Positions 30,211 through 38,830 of a stretch of 64,000 bases of DNA are shown piece after piece. How positions within the stretch are numbered: the stretch's first letter is position 1; the number at the start of each line of letters is the position of its first letter. A program made the translations under genes and the position numbers. The notes beneath the pieces were generated by a model that saw nothing but the letters and a program-made list of their open reading frames with translations, had not been told where the DNA came from and searched no databases. The DNA comes from an uncultured Parcubacteria group bacterium (GTDB taxonomy: Bacteria > Patescibacteriota > Patescibacteriia > UBA9934 > CAMTUG01), in contig CAMTUG010000001.1 in the NCBI GenBank assembly GCA_947084965.1, forward strand, positions 147,914-211,913. The letters run 5' to 3'.

Positions 30211-30837
30211 TTATGCCGTCGCAAATTTACGAATCACTCCGCGTACAATTCCTTGGATGTTGATGTCACCGTTCACGATAATCGGCTGCATGGTCGAGTT
30301 AGCTGGTTGCAGACGAATGTGGGTTGATTCACGGTAGAAGCGTTTGAGTGTGGCGTAAGCGTTGTCGAGGAGCGCCACGACGATGTCTCCGTTCTTTGGT
30401 GAAGGGTTGCGTTCGATGATCACGTAGTCGCCGTCGAAAATTCCATCTTCGATCATCGAGCGCCCTTTGACTTTGAGCACATACGAGTTGGTCTGATCGA
30501 TCACAAAGTCGCTCGGCACCGCTATCGCTTCACGCTGTTCGACCGCTTCGATCGGTTCACCGGCGGTGATCAGCCCCGAGAGCGGGAGCATGATCGCCAA
30601 TGGGTGTGATTCCACGCGGTTCATCGGGTGCGACAGGCTGAGCGACCGCGCTTCGCCTTCTTCGCTCCCGGTCAGGAACCCTTTGTCGATCAGCGCCTGG
30701 ACGTGCTGGTGCACGGTGGCAGGGGAGGAGAGCTCGAACGCGTCGGCGATTTCGCGGTACGTCGGCGCATACCCGTTCTCTTCGATCTGGTTCCTGATGA
30801 ACTCCAGGATCTCGGATTGTTTCTTTGTCAGCGCCAT
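30211..30837 (-). CDS. lexA: LexA repressor
   Basis: LTKKQSEILEFI, GYAPTYREIA, AG cleavage site (ITAGEP), GRSMIEDGI, TLKRFY, LQPAN. Confidence 0.96.
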   Translation of the reverse strand: MALTKKQSEILEFIRNQIEENGYAPTYREIADAFELSSPATVHQHVQALIDKGFLTGSEEGEARSLSLSHPMNRVESHPLAIMLPLSGLITAGEPIEAVEQREAIAVPSDFVIDQTNSYVLKVKGRSMIEDGIFDGDYVIIERNPSPKNGDIVVALLDNAYATLKRFYRESTHIRLQPANSTMQPIIVNGDINIQGIVRGVIRKFATA

Positions 30838-30855
30838 AAGTTATGTGATTCGCCC

Positions 30856-30901
30856 GTTCGGCTTATGTTCGTACTATAGACCGAACAAAAACCGAACGCA
30901 A
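30856..30901 (-). promoter_or_regulatory. lexA promoter with two direct-repeat SOS-box candidates
   Basis: TTGCGT-N17-TATAGT on the minus strand; GTTC-N7-GTTC at 30856-30870 and GAAC-N7-GAAC at 30883-30897. Confidence 0.8.
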
Positions 30902-30962
30902 GCGATAGGGTGGGGATAAGTTTCAAAGTGGTACTATTACAGACATGTTTAGTTAGTTAAGT

Positions 30963-32213
30963 TTGTCTGTGTCGTATTCGGATGTTTTAAAAAAGTTTCT
31001 CTGGATGCTGTTTGCCTGGGTTTTTGGGCTTACGATTTTTGGTATCACTTTTGCCATAACAGAGATTCCTCAGCCCTGGCTTATGATAGTTGTGGCAGGG
31101 GTTGTTATCCTTGTTGCAGCACAGTTGATGTATTCAACAATAAGTGATCTTGAGAGTAAATTTAAAAAGGAAATTTCCGCGATTGAAGGTGGGGCAAACT
31201 CAATAATCATCGCGGCAGAAAAGTTCAAAGTTAGTGCTGAAGAAGATGCGGCGCTTTGGAAGAAAACACTTTTGGAACGAAGTAGTGGCTTCCCAAGTCT
31301 TGTTGACTTGATTGGGGAGTATGAAAAGCTTCGTGATCAGAAAGATGAATACTATTTAAATAGAAAGTCTCATCCGGCGCATCGGGCTGCAGACTTAGTT
31401 GCGGAGCATTCGAGATTAAGACGCGAGGCGGAACGTAAGAGACGTCAGATTCAGGCGATCATCGAATATTATGAAAGTATCGCTCCGTTTCTTCTTGATT
31501 TTAAGGAACAGGAGTTTGGCGACCTTGATGCAGAGAACACATTGGCTGACTATACGCCAGAAGAGCAGCAAGATCCGGTAACGCAATATTTGGTTAAGGA
31601 CGAGTACAGAAGTCTTTCTTCTACCGAGAGAAATCAGCGTGCGCTCGATAGGTTCTGGTCACGACCAAAGTCAAATTGGATGATTGGTCGTTTGTACGAA
31701 CGATATGTTGGATACTTATTTGAAGCTGATGGCTATGATGTCGAATACTACGGTATTTTTAAGGGGTATGAGGATCTTGGTCGGGATTTGATTTGTAGGA
31801 AAGGGAAACAGGTCGTGATTGTACAGTGCAAGAACTGGTCGAAGTTTAAAACTGTTTTCGAGAATCACATCTTTCAGTTTTTCGGGACCGTATTTTATTT
31901 CCGTGACCAGAACCGCGATAGAGATGTATCCGCGGCATTTTATTGCACAACATCCGTTTCAGACTTTGCTCGCAGATTTGCATCTGAGCTGGGCGTCAAG
32001 CTTTTTGAGAACCACGTTTTCGATCGGTCCTACCCATGTATAAAATGTAATATCTCGTCAGGTGGTGAAAAGATTTACCATCTTCCATTTGATCAACAGT
32101 ATGACAATGTTAAGATCGAGGTCCATAAAGGCGAGTTTTATTGCAAGACTGTACAAGAAGCCGAAAAAGCCGGATTCAGAAGGGCTTTTCGGTGGGCAGG
32201 TTTGAAACAGTAG
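30963..32213 (+). CDS. Membrane-anchored Mrr-like restriction endonuclease domain protein
   Basis: Two N-terminal TMs, coiled coil, YERYVG...DLGRDL...IVQCKNW (D-QxK) motif, C-terminal IKCNI...KIYHLP..QQY...EAEKAGFRRA domain. Confidence 0.8.
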   Translation: MSVSYSDVLKKFLWMLFAWVFGLTIFGITFAITEIPQPWLMIVVAGVVILVAAQLMYSTISDLESKFKKEISAIEGGANSIIIAAEKFKVSAEEDAALWKKTLLERSSGFPSLVDLIGEYEKLRDQKDEYYLNRKSHPAHRAADLVAEHSRLRREAERKRRQIQAIIEYYESIAPFLLDFKEQEFGDLDAENTLADYTPEEQQDPVTQYLVKDEYRSLSSTERNQRALDRFWSRPKSNWMIGRLYERYVGYLFEADGYDVEYYGIFKGYEDLGRDLICRKGKQVVIVQCKNWSKFKTVFENHIFQFFGTVFYFRDQNRDRDVSAAFYCTTSVSDFARRFASELGVKLFENHVFDRSYPCIKCNISSGGEKIYHLPFDQQYDNVKIEVHKGEFYCKTVQEAEKAGFRRAFRWAGLKQ

Positions 32214-32265
32214 GCGGTTCCTTGGGTGCTCAGTCAAGTGTTAATCGGTGGTAGAATATAAGCCT

Positions 32266-32619
32266 ATGAGTGACATCAAAAAGCTCCAGGATGAGGTCGT
32301 GGCCTTTCGGGATGCGCGCGACTGGAAGCAGTTTCACAAGCCGAAGGATTGTGCAATTTCGTTGACGCTTGAGGCGGCGGAAGTTGCCGAACTCTTTCAG
32401 TGGAAAAACGATGAAGAGATTGATGCCTATCGTCCAGGCGGCGCAAAGCACGACGACATTAGTGATGAACTCGCGGACGTGATGTACTGGGTGCTTTTGC
32501 TTGCCAATGACTTCGGTGTCGACTTAGATGAAGCTTGGAGTCGCAAGATGGCGAAGAATGATGCGAAGTATCCGGTCGATAAAGCGAAGGGATCGCATAA
32601 AAAATATACTGAACTCTAG
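32266..32619 (+). CDS. MazG-like nucleotide pyrophosphohydrolase (dCTPase-like)
   Basis: RDWKQFHKPKD, EAAEVAELFQW, DELADV, KNDAKYP. Confidence 0.9.
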   Translation: MSDIKKLQDEVVAFRDARDWKQFHKPKDCAISLTLEAAEVAELFQWKNDEEIDAYRPGGAKHDDISDELADVMYWVLLLANDFGVDLDEAWSRKMAKNDAKYPVDKAKGSHKKYTEL

Positions 32620-32622
32620 TTT

Positions 32623-34476
32623 GTGTTTGTTTATCGACATACTGTCGCGGGGTTCCGCGAAGACGTTGAAAAGAATCAGATCGGCGACATCGTTCAATCG
32701 TATTACGAGAATACGACCGGCCGTCGAGTTTCGCCAAACGAGAAACGTTCATGGAGCAATTCGCTTCAGTTTATGGAGCGTATTGTTCGACGATCGAACG
32801 TTGCTCCGTCGTGCGGTATTTTGATTGAATATGTGATTCCATCAACATCCAATCGGATCGACTTTTTTATTTCCGGGCATGATGACGCAGGTAATAAGAA
32901 CTTTGTCATTATTGAATTGAAACAATGGGAGACAGCGGAGGCAACTGAAAAGGAGGATATTGTTTCAACTTTTCTCGGCGGTAGTGTGCGCGAGACGACA
33001 CATCCGTCGTACCAAGCACTTTCCTACAAACTTTTTCTCGAGGACTATAACGAAAACATTGATTCAAAAAATCTCATACCGCATTCCTGCGCCTATTTGC
33101 ACAACTTTGCTGAACGCAGTCCCGAACCGCTCACTTTGGGAATTTATGCCGATACGGTGAAAGAGTCACCGATTTACTTCCGTGATGACTACGAAAAACT
33201 GGAACAGTTTTTGAAGAAGTATGTTGGCCAGGGCAACGGCGAAGAGATCTTGTACGAAGTTGAATACGGCCGTATTCGTCCGAGCAAGAAGTTGATTGAT
33301 TACGTCTCGAGCATGCTCGAGGGGAATCAGGAGTTTATCTTGCTCGACGAACAAAAGATTGCCTACGAAACGGCGATGTTTGTAGCGAGGCAAGAAGAAA
33401 AGTCCGTTGTCATTATTTCCGGTGGACCTGGCACAGGGAAGTCCGTTGTCTCCGTTAATCTTCTCGGTGGGTTGTTACGAGATGAAATGAACGCCGTCTT
33501 TGTTGCTCCGAACGCTTCGTTTCGCGATGCAATGGTGCACAAGCTCGCGAGGAAGATGAAAAAGACGCGGCTCAAGTCGTTGTTTAAAGGATCCTCGGTG
33601 TTTGTTGATGCAGAGCCGAACACGTTTGGTGCGATCATTATTGACGAAGCTCACCGTTTGAAGAACGAAAAGGCGTACATGTATCAAGGTGAGAATCAGG
33701 TTGAGGACATTGTCCGTGCAGCCAAGACGAGCATTTTCTTCGTTGATGATAATCAAGTGATTCGTCCGGATGATATCGGCTGTGAAGACGAGATTCGACG
33801 CGTCGCTAAGGCGGAAGGAGCTAGGGTTTACGAAGTCGAGTTGAAAGCTCAATTCCGTTGCGCTGGTGCGGAGGGGTATTTGAACTGGTTGGACAACACA
33901 CTGCACATCCAAGAAACGGCGAACTTCGACGGTTGGGAGCAACAGGGGTTTGAGTTTAAAGTTTTCGATGATCCAAATGCGCTTGCTAACGCAATCAAGG
34001 CAAAGCAAGTGGAAGGGAAAAGCGCGCGGCTTGTCGCGGGTTACGCTTGGGAATGGACGAGCGGCAAAGAGGGGAATATGGACGCGCAGCACAACGATGT
34101 CACAATCCCCGAATATGACTTCTCAATGCCGTGGAACTCGCGAAAGATCGGTACGACCTGGGCGATCGATCCAGGCGGCGTCCACCAGATCGGCTGCGTT
34201 CACACCTCTCAGGGCCTGGAGTTCGACTACATTGGTGTGATCGTCGGGAAGGATTTGCAGTTTGATCCTGCCACGGGCGAGTTTTACACCGATTGGTCGG
34301 AGTACAAGGATCACAACGGTAAGAAAGGACTAAAAAAGGATCCAGAAAAGTTGAACCGCCTTGTGCGCAATATCTACAAGATTTTGATGACACGCGGGCA
34401 GAAGGGATGTTACGTTTATTTCGTCGACAAGAATGTCGAAGATTACTTTAAGAAGAGGTTGGGACCACAAAAATAA
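32623..34476 (+). CDS. DUF2075 / Schlafen group 3-like nuclease-helicase
   Basis: RIDF...IIELKQW nuclease-like N-terminus; GGPGTGKS Walker A; DEAHRL; QFRC; HTSQGLEFDY; LMTRG. Confidence 0.88.
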   Translation: MFVYRHTVAGFREDVEKNQIGDIVQSYYENTTGRRVSPNEKRSWSNSLQFMERIVRRSNVAPSCGILIEYVIPSTSNRIDFFISGHDDAGNKNFVIIELKQWETAEATEKEDIVSTFLGGSVRETTHPSYQALSYKLFLEDYNENIDSKNLIPHSCAYLHNFAERSPEPLTLGIYADTVKESPIYFRDDYEKLEQFLKKYVGQGNGEEILYEVEYGRIRPSKKLIDYVSSMLEGNQEFILLDEQKIAYETAMFVARQEEKSVVIISGGPGTGKSVVSVNLLGGLLRDEMNAVFVAPNASFRDAMVHKLARKMKKTRLKSLFKGSSVFVDAEPNTFGAIIIDEAHRLKNEKAYMYQGENQVEDIVRAAKTSIFFVDDNQVIRPDDIGCEDEIRRVAKAEGARVYEVELKAQFRCAGAEGYLNWLDNTLHIQETANFDGWEQQGFEFKVFDDPNALANAIKAKQVEGKSARLVAGYAWEWTSGKEGNMDAQHNDVTIPEYDFSMPWNSRKIGTTWAIDPGGVHQIGCVHTSQGLEFDYIGVIVGKDLQFDPATGEFYTDWSEYKDHNGKKGLKKDPEKLNRLVRNIYKILMTRGQKGCYVYFVDKNVEDYFKKRLGPQK

Positions 34477-34515
34477 AACAGCCATCCTCCTTTGGCTGCT
34501 CTATCCGGTACCCGG

Positions 34516-34719
34516 TTAATCGGTGTTGCACTCACGTACGCAGTAGTAACAGCCGTTGACCTGGCTGTAGTACACTTGTGCGGCGTGGACAGCAGCTCGA
34601 CAGTTGGTGAAGTCGCCCAGGTATTTCGCATTTTCCCCATTTGGGAAGAAGGAACAGCCCAGGGTGTGGACCTCGTGATCCCCGTTTGCCTGCGCGTTTG
34701 TATTGACGTAGTAACGCAT
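34516..34719 (-). CDS. Small Cys/His-rich protein (67 aa)
   Basis: YYVN.NAQ.NGDHEVH..GC...YLGDF..C......NGCYYC..C; 21 nt after the 331-aa gene. Confidence 0.75.
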   Translation of the reverse strand: MRYYVNTNAQANGDHEVHTLGCSFFPNGENAKYLGDFTNCRAAVHAAQVYYSQVNGCYYCVRECNTD

Positions 34720-34740
34720 AGTTTTTCGTGAGATTTTGAA

Positions 34741-35736
34741 TTAGCCGACCTTTGTTTTATGAAGCCGTTGTTTAACTGCTTTTGATAGCTTTGTCTTCCA
34801 GCCGTGGACATGCACGACACGATCGAAGTCGCGTTGTGCTAGGGCGAGCAACTGAAGACGGCTCAGTTTACTTAGATCCTCCCAATTGCATCCCATGATG
34901 TACGCAGCATTTCCATATTCCACATTCTCGAAGACTACTAGGTCGTCAGCATATTGCGCGCCGAAATAGCGACGGAATCCGTCCGTTCCAGCGATGTATT
35001 GCTTTGGATCGAGCGTACTTAGGAAACCGTAACGATCCTCAACGTTTTTTCTGAGTTCAGGGGAGACGACTCGACGTGTGCCGATGATTTTTTCGATATT
35101 GCTCTCGCGTTCTCCTGGCGGCAGGATTTGCCACGTGATCGCCACGGTTTTCAAGTAGTCCTCTCTGCTCGCGCTTGCCAGAAACACATCAACGTGTCCG
35201 ACGTTTTCCTGAATGATTCCAAGATTATAAAGTAGGTCTGCCTCTAAGTTGGACTTTTCGTATTCGAGCACCTCCTCGGATCGGAAGTTGATCGTGACAC
35301 GACCGTCTGGATTTTGATCAAGCACATCAATACGGATTGCGAGCTGTTTTGCTGGGAAATATTCACGTTCGTAAACATCGCGATCCCATTCGACTGTGTG
35401 TGAGCCGTTGCTCCAGTCACCGAAGTTCGGAGCCTCGAACGAATAGTGTTTCTGAGTCATAGGTAGGTCCTTGCGAACGCGCTCTCGTCCGTTAAGGTTT
35501 GTGTCTGACCAGCGGCCCATGTTGGCCGGGGGAATTACAGATTCTGGAGCAACGACACGACCGTCTTTTACCTCGATGTTCAGATGTGCGTAGCGTCCAG
35601 CGGCGATCGAAGCGATGGTGGTTTTAATGGTTGTACCGACGACGAAGCCTGTTTTCATGGTCGCAACCTTGGTGTGGATCCGTTTCGGGACTTTTAGGAA
35701 GCTTCGTGGCTTCCAGGGTATTTCTCGATATGACAT
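34741..35736 (-). CDS. Uncharacterised 331-aa protein
   Basis: Long ORF with own promoter; conserved-looking C-terminal GF.RYFG...FENVEYGNAAY...WEDLSKLSR...RVVH..GW. Confidence 0.8.
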   Translation of the reverse strand: MSYREIPWKPRSFLKVPKRIHTKVATMKTGFVVGTTIKTTIASIAAGRYAHLNIEVKDGRVVAPESVIPPANMGRWSDTNLNGRERVRKDLPMTQKHYSFEAPNFGDWSNGSHTVEWDRDVYEREYFPAKQLAIRIDVLDQNPDGRVTINFRSEEVLEYEKSNLEADLLYNLGIIQENVGHVDVFLASASREDYLKTVAITWQILPPGERESNIEKIIGTRRVVSPELRKNVEDRYGFLSTLDPKQYIAGTDGFRRYFGAQYADDLVVFENVEYGNAAYIMGCNWEDLSKLSRLQLLALAQRDFDRVVHVHGWKTKLSKAVKQRLHKTKVG

Positions 35737-35811
35737 AATGGGCTCGGGACTTTTGGAATTAGAGTAGCGCTGTCGGACCGCCCCAGTGGTTCGTTTCAGT
35801 GTGTTGATGCC

Positions 35812-35863
35812 AGTTTATCAGTACGGCAAATATCTTGTCAAATCGAACCGAAACCGGTATGCT
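35812..35863. promoter_or_regulatory. Overlapping divergent promoters (XRE operon and 331-aa gene)
   Basis: Plus strand TTGTCA-N17-TATGCT; minus strand TTGACA-N18-TAAACT; the -35 elements overlap. Confidence 0.65.
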
Positions 35864-35878
35864 ATCAAAGCAATAAAT

Positions 35879-36208
35879 ATGGAAAATGAAAATGTCACGA
35901 TCGGGTCCAGAATTCGAGCCGAACGAAAACGACTCGGAATATCTCAGCTGCGGCTCGCTAAAGACGTCGGCTTTGAGTCGGCAACAGCGATCTCGTTGAT
36001 CGAAAGCGGGGTGAGAAGCGTTGCTGCAGAGAAGCTTGGCCTTATTGCAAGGGCCCTGAAAGTTGACATCAAGCAGTTGCTAGGACAGAGGCCTGATCAG
36101 GTGGATGTCATCGTCGCACTTAGGGCCGACAAGGAGCTTGGTTCGGCCGAGAAGAATTACATTCTCAATTTTATCCAAAATGCAAAACATCAACACAGAA
36201 AAGGATGA
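35879..36208 (+). CDS. XRE-family HTH transcriptional regulator
   Basis: IGSRIRAERKRLGISQLRLA...ISLIESG...IARALKV. Confidence 0.9.
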   Translation: MENENVTIGSRIRAERKRLGISQLRLAKDVGFESATAISLIESGVRSVAAEKLGLIARALKVDIKQLLGQRPDQVDVIVALRADKELGSAEKNYILNFIQNAKHQHRKG

Positions 36209-36689
36209 GCTGGACTTGGGGCCGCGAAAGAACTTTGCCTTGGCGATGGCTCGTAAGCTGTTGAAGTGTGCGGAGATCACGGCCGCTCCTGTTTCATTAC
36301 ATCGTGTAGTTGAGTATGCTAGGAGGGACAGAAACCTCACTATTATTTTGGAGAAGATCCCGGGTCGTATCTCAGGGATCATGGTCAAGGTTCGCGACCT
36401 CGACGAAGTCTCCACCTTTATCGGTATTAACACGGAAGAACCGTGGCACAGGCAGCGTTATACACTCGGTCATGAATTGGGTCATGTGTTTATGGAACAT
36501 TCCGGATGCACGGGCGATGATTCATACGAAGAACGTGAAGCCCAGATATTTGCAGCGGAACTTCTTATGCCAACGGCGTTCATCAAACAGGACTTAAAGG
36601 CCCTGCGTAACATCCCGGCGCTTGCTAGGCTATACTGCGTAAGTGAGCATGCGCTTAGTATTAAGCTTAAAGATTGCAGACTGATTTAG
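36180..36689 (+). CDS. ImmA/IrrE-family metallo-endopeptidase
   Basis: RQRYTLGHELGH (HExxH), EREAQIFAAELLMP; overlaps the end of the XRE gene. Confidence 0.9.
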   Translation: MQNINTEKDELDLGPRKNFALAMARKLLKCAEITAAPVSLHRVVEYARRDRNLTIILEKIPGRISGIMVKVRDLDEVSTFIGINTEEPWHRQRYTLGHELGHVFMEHSGCTGDDSYEEREAQIFAAELLMPTAFIKQDLKALRNIPALARLYCVSEHALSIKLKDCRLI

Positions 36690-36753
36690 CTGGCAGTTAA
36701 ATCAATCTAATTTCAGCTGCTAAGGATCAACGAGAGGCGGAAAGATCTGTAGT

Positions 36754-37482
36754 ATGAATCAACAATCCACCCTCCAACGCATCATCCGCCTCAAGCAGCT
36801 CTTCGCTGACCGCAAGATCCCGACGCTTTCGAGCCATGAAGTGAATCCGGGGTTGGAGAAAGGGTCGAGGGAGAATTATTTATACTTCACTCTGCCTCCG
36901 TGTTTGAATTTTCAGCGACAGTCGCCGGCGATGTGGAAGTCGGCGCTCGCGACGTGGGAGGATCCGGAGACGAATTATTTGTTTTTTCCTGAGCGCGTGG
37001 CAACGACAGACATCGAGAAAGTGCGGGTGGATTTGCGCAAACACAAACTTTCGTTGCAACCGAATAAGCACACGGAGATTTGGACCAAGATCTGTCAGGT
37101 GTTGCACGAGAAGTTTTCTGATGACCCACGGGAGATCTTGCGGAGAGGGGAGATGGATGCGGGAAAGGTTTTGGATCTGATTCAAGTTGAGCACAAGGAG
37201 CGCTTTCCGTATTTGCGTGGGCCAAAGATGGCTAACTATTGGTTGTACATTTTGTCGCAATACACGGACGTGCAGTTTTCGAATATGGCCTGCATCTCGA
37301 TCATTCCTGATACGCACGTGGCGCAGTGCTCGGTGAAGCTCGGGCTCACGAAGGATGGGGCGGGACCGGAAGAGATCGCTGAGGCGTGGGTGAAGGTGCT
37401 GGCGGGGTCGGGAATTGATCCTGTCACGATGCATCCGGTTTTATGGAACTGGAGTCGCAACGATTTCCAACCGGAGGTTTAG
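36754..37482 (+). CDS. Hypothetical protein, HhH-GPD DNA glycosylase-like
   Basis: FPYLRGPKMANYW (HhH-like) and IIPDTHV motif. Confidence 0.6.
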   Translation: MNQQSTLQRIIRLKQLFADRKIPTLSSHEVNPGLEKGSRENYLYFTLPPCLNFQRQSPAMWKSALATWEDPETNYLFFPERVATTDIEKVRVDLRKHKLSLQPNKHTEIWTKICQVLHEKFSDDPREILRRGEMDAGKVLDLIQVEHKERFPYLRGPKMANYWLYILSQYTDVQFSNMACISIIPDTHVAQCSVKLGLTKDGAGPEEIAEAWVKVLAGSGIDPVTMHPVLWNWSRNDFQPEV

Positions 37483-37507
37483 GCGGGGCACAGTGGCCCC
37501 GCCTATC
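37480..37507 (+). repeat. REP-like palindrome (family B, copy 3)
   Basis: TAGGCGGGGCACAGTGGCCCCGCCTATC; overlaps the TAG stop codon. Confidence 0.8.
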
Positions 37508-37526
37508 TGTTATAATTGCCAGCACT

Positions 37527-37964
37527 ATGGCCACTTGGTTTCGTTTGGTTACAAGACGCGTGGTGCGGAGGCGGGTGCGACGGGGGCTGAAAGGCACGCG
37601 GGCGGAGTTTTTGGCACTCAAGGAACAGGCGAGGGTCTTGGTGCACGAACGCATCAAGCATTTCTGCACGATCTATCCGTTCGTCTGTAATCGTGTCAGC
37701 ATTCGCAATCAAGGGTCGCGCTGGGGGAGCTGTTCCAAAAAGGGGAATCTGAATTTTCATTATCGCATCGCCCTTCTGCCAGAACACTTACGCGATTACG
37801 TGATCGTGCACGAGTTGTGCCACTTGGGGGAGTTTAATCATTCGCGCAACTTTTGGGATCTGGTCGCTCGCGCGGTGCCCAATCACAGAGTGTTGCGATC
37901 AGAATTACGTCAGCACGCGATCGACTTCAAAAAACAGTATGTCATGGAACAAACTGCCGGCTGA
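37527..37964 (+). CDS. YgjP/DUF45 (M48-like) metal-dependent hydrolase
   Basis: SRWGSCS, DYVIVHELCHL, NHSRNFW. Confidence 0.88.
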   Translation: MATWFRLVTRRVVRRRVRRGLKGTRAEFLALKEQARVLVHERIKHFCTIYPFVCNRVSIRNQGSRWGSCSKKGNLNFHYRIALLPEHLRDYVIVHELCHLGEFNHSRNFWDLVARAVPNHRVLRSELRQHAIDFKKQYVMEQTAG

Positions 37965-38205
37965 CTTTAAAGACAAACCGCGACTCACGCGTTGGTGGAT
38001 CAACATCAAGGTGTTGTTGCATCTGAAAGCGGTGAAGACCGAATGTTGCGAAACGTTTCGCAAAGGGTTCACGCCTGATGGGGAACAGTTCGTGGCCTGC
38101 GCGGGATGCCCGACGCGCTATGACAAAAATTCAGAAAGTCCGTGCTATCGCTACTTAGCGCGTTGGGCCAAGGAGCGTGCGCCAAAAAAGAAAAACGGGG
38201 CATAA
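37939..38205 (+). CDS. Small Cys-containing hypothetical protein
   Basis: 88 aa ORF with CC, CAGC and C; followed by a bidirectional hairpin. Confidence 0.55.
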   Translation: MSWNKLPADFKDKPRLTRWWINIKVLLHLKAVKTECCETFRKGFTPDGEQFVACAGCPTRYDKNSESPCYRYLARWAKERAPKKKNGA

Positions 38206-38220
38206 CCGCCCCGCTTTTTT
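38192..38220. terminator. Bidirectional terminator
   Basis: AAAA-CGGGGC...GCCCCG-CTTTTTT between convergent genes. Confidence 0.7.
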
Positions 38221-38227
38221 CTTTCGA

Positions 38228-38773
38228 TTACTTTGTTTCCGTTCCTTCGGTTGGATATGCTTTGACCGGCACCGCGACTTCGGCGCTCCAGTAGTTTTTG
38301 CCGAGCACGACCGCATGAGCGCGCAGGTAAATGATCTGACCTACAAGGTCGTCACCTGCTTTGATGTTGTCTTCAAAGTCCGCTGGGACAGCGAACGATC
38401 CTTTTTTATACGCTTCTGTTGAATGGGCATAGCCAGCCGTTGTGCCATCAACCTCGGTTCCAAAATCTCCTGGATGCGAGGTGGTGTCCCACCAGATCGC
38501 GGTCGAGGTTAAGATCGTTGCTTCGGAGGCGACGTTCCAATCCACGCCGAAGATCGTTCCGGCAACGATCGATTTTGGCGCGCCGGTCAGGGTGACGGTG
38601 AGCGGTACATCGACCGCGCCCGGAGTCGGCTGTTCTTGCTTTGTCTCGTCGCTCGGAGCGGTCGCCTGCTTCTGCGTAATAAACAAAATCCCGGCCACGA
38701 CGATAATCACGAGCGACAGCCACACCCAGCCTGGCGTCCCGCCTTTTTTGCCCTCCTGCTTTGTTTCGTCCAT
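38228..38773 (-). CDS. Membrane-anchored hypothetical protein
   Basis: N-terminal TM then beta-rich domain (IYLRAHAVV.GKNYWS.E). Confidence 0.75.
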   Translation of the reverse strand: MDETKQEGKKGGTPGWVWLSLVIIVVAGILFITQKQATAPSDETKQEQPTPGAVDVPLTVTLTGAPKSIVAGTIFGVDWNVASEATILTSTAIWWDTTSHPGDFGTEVDGTTAGYAHSTEAYKKGSFAVPADFEDNIKAGDDLVGQIIYLRAHAVVLGKNYWSAEVAVPVKAYPTEGTETK

Positions 38774-38830
38774 AAAATAAGGTCTTTATTGATTAGTCGG
38801 CCCCTCCATGATAGCATGACGCACCAGCCT

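Noticed and set aside
30963-37482. Island as a prophage or ICE
   Set aside because: No integrase, relaxase, terminase or structural genes, and no flanking att repeats seen
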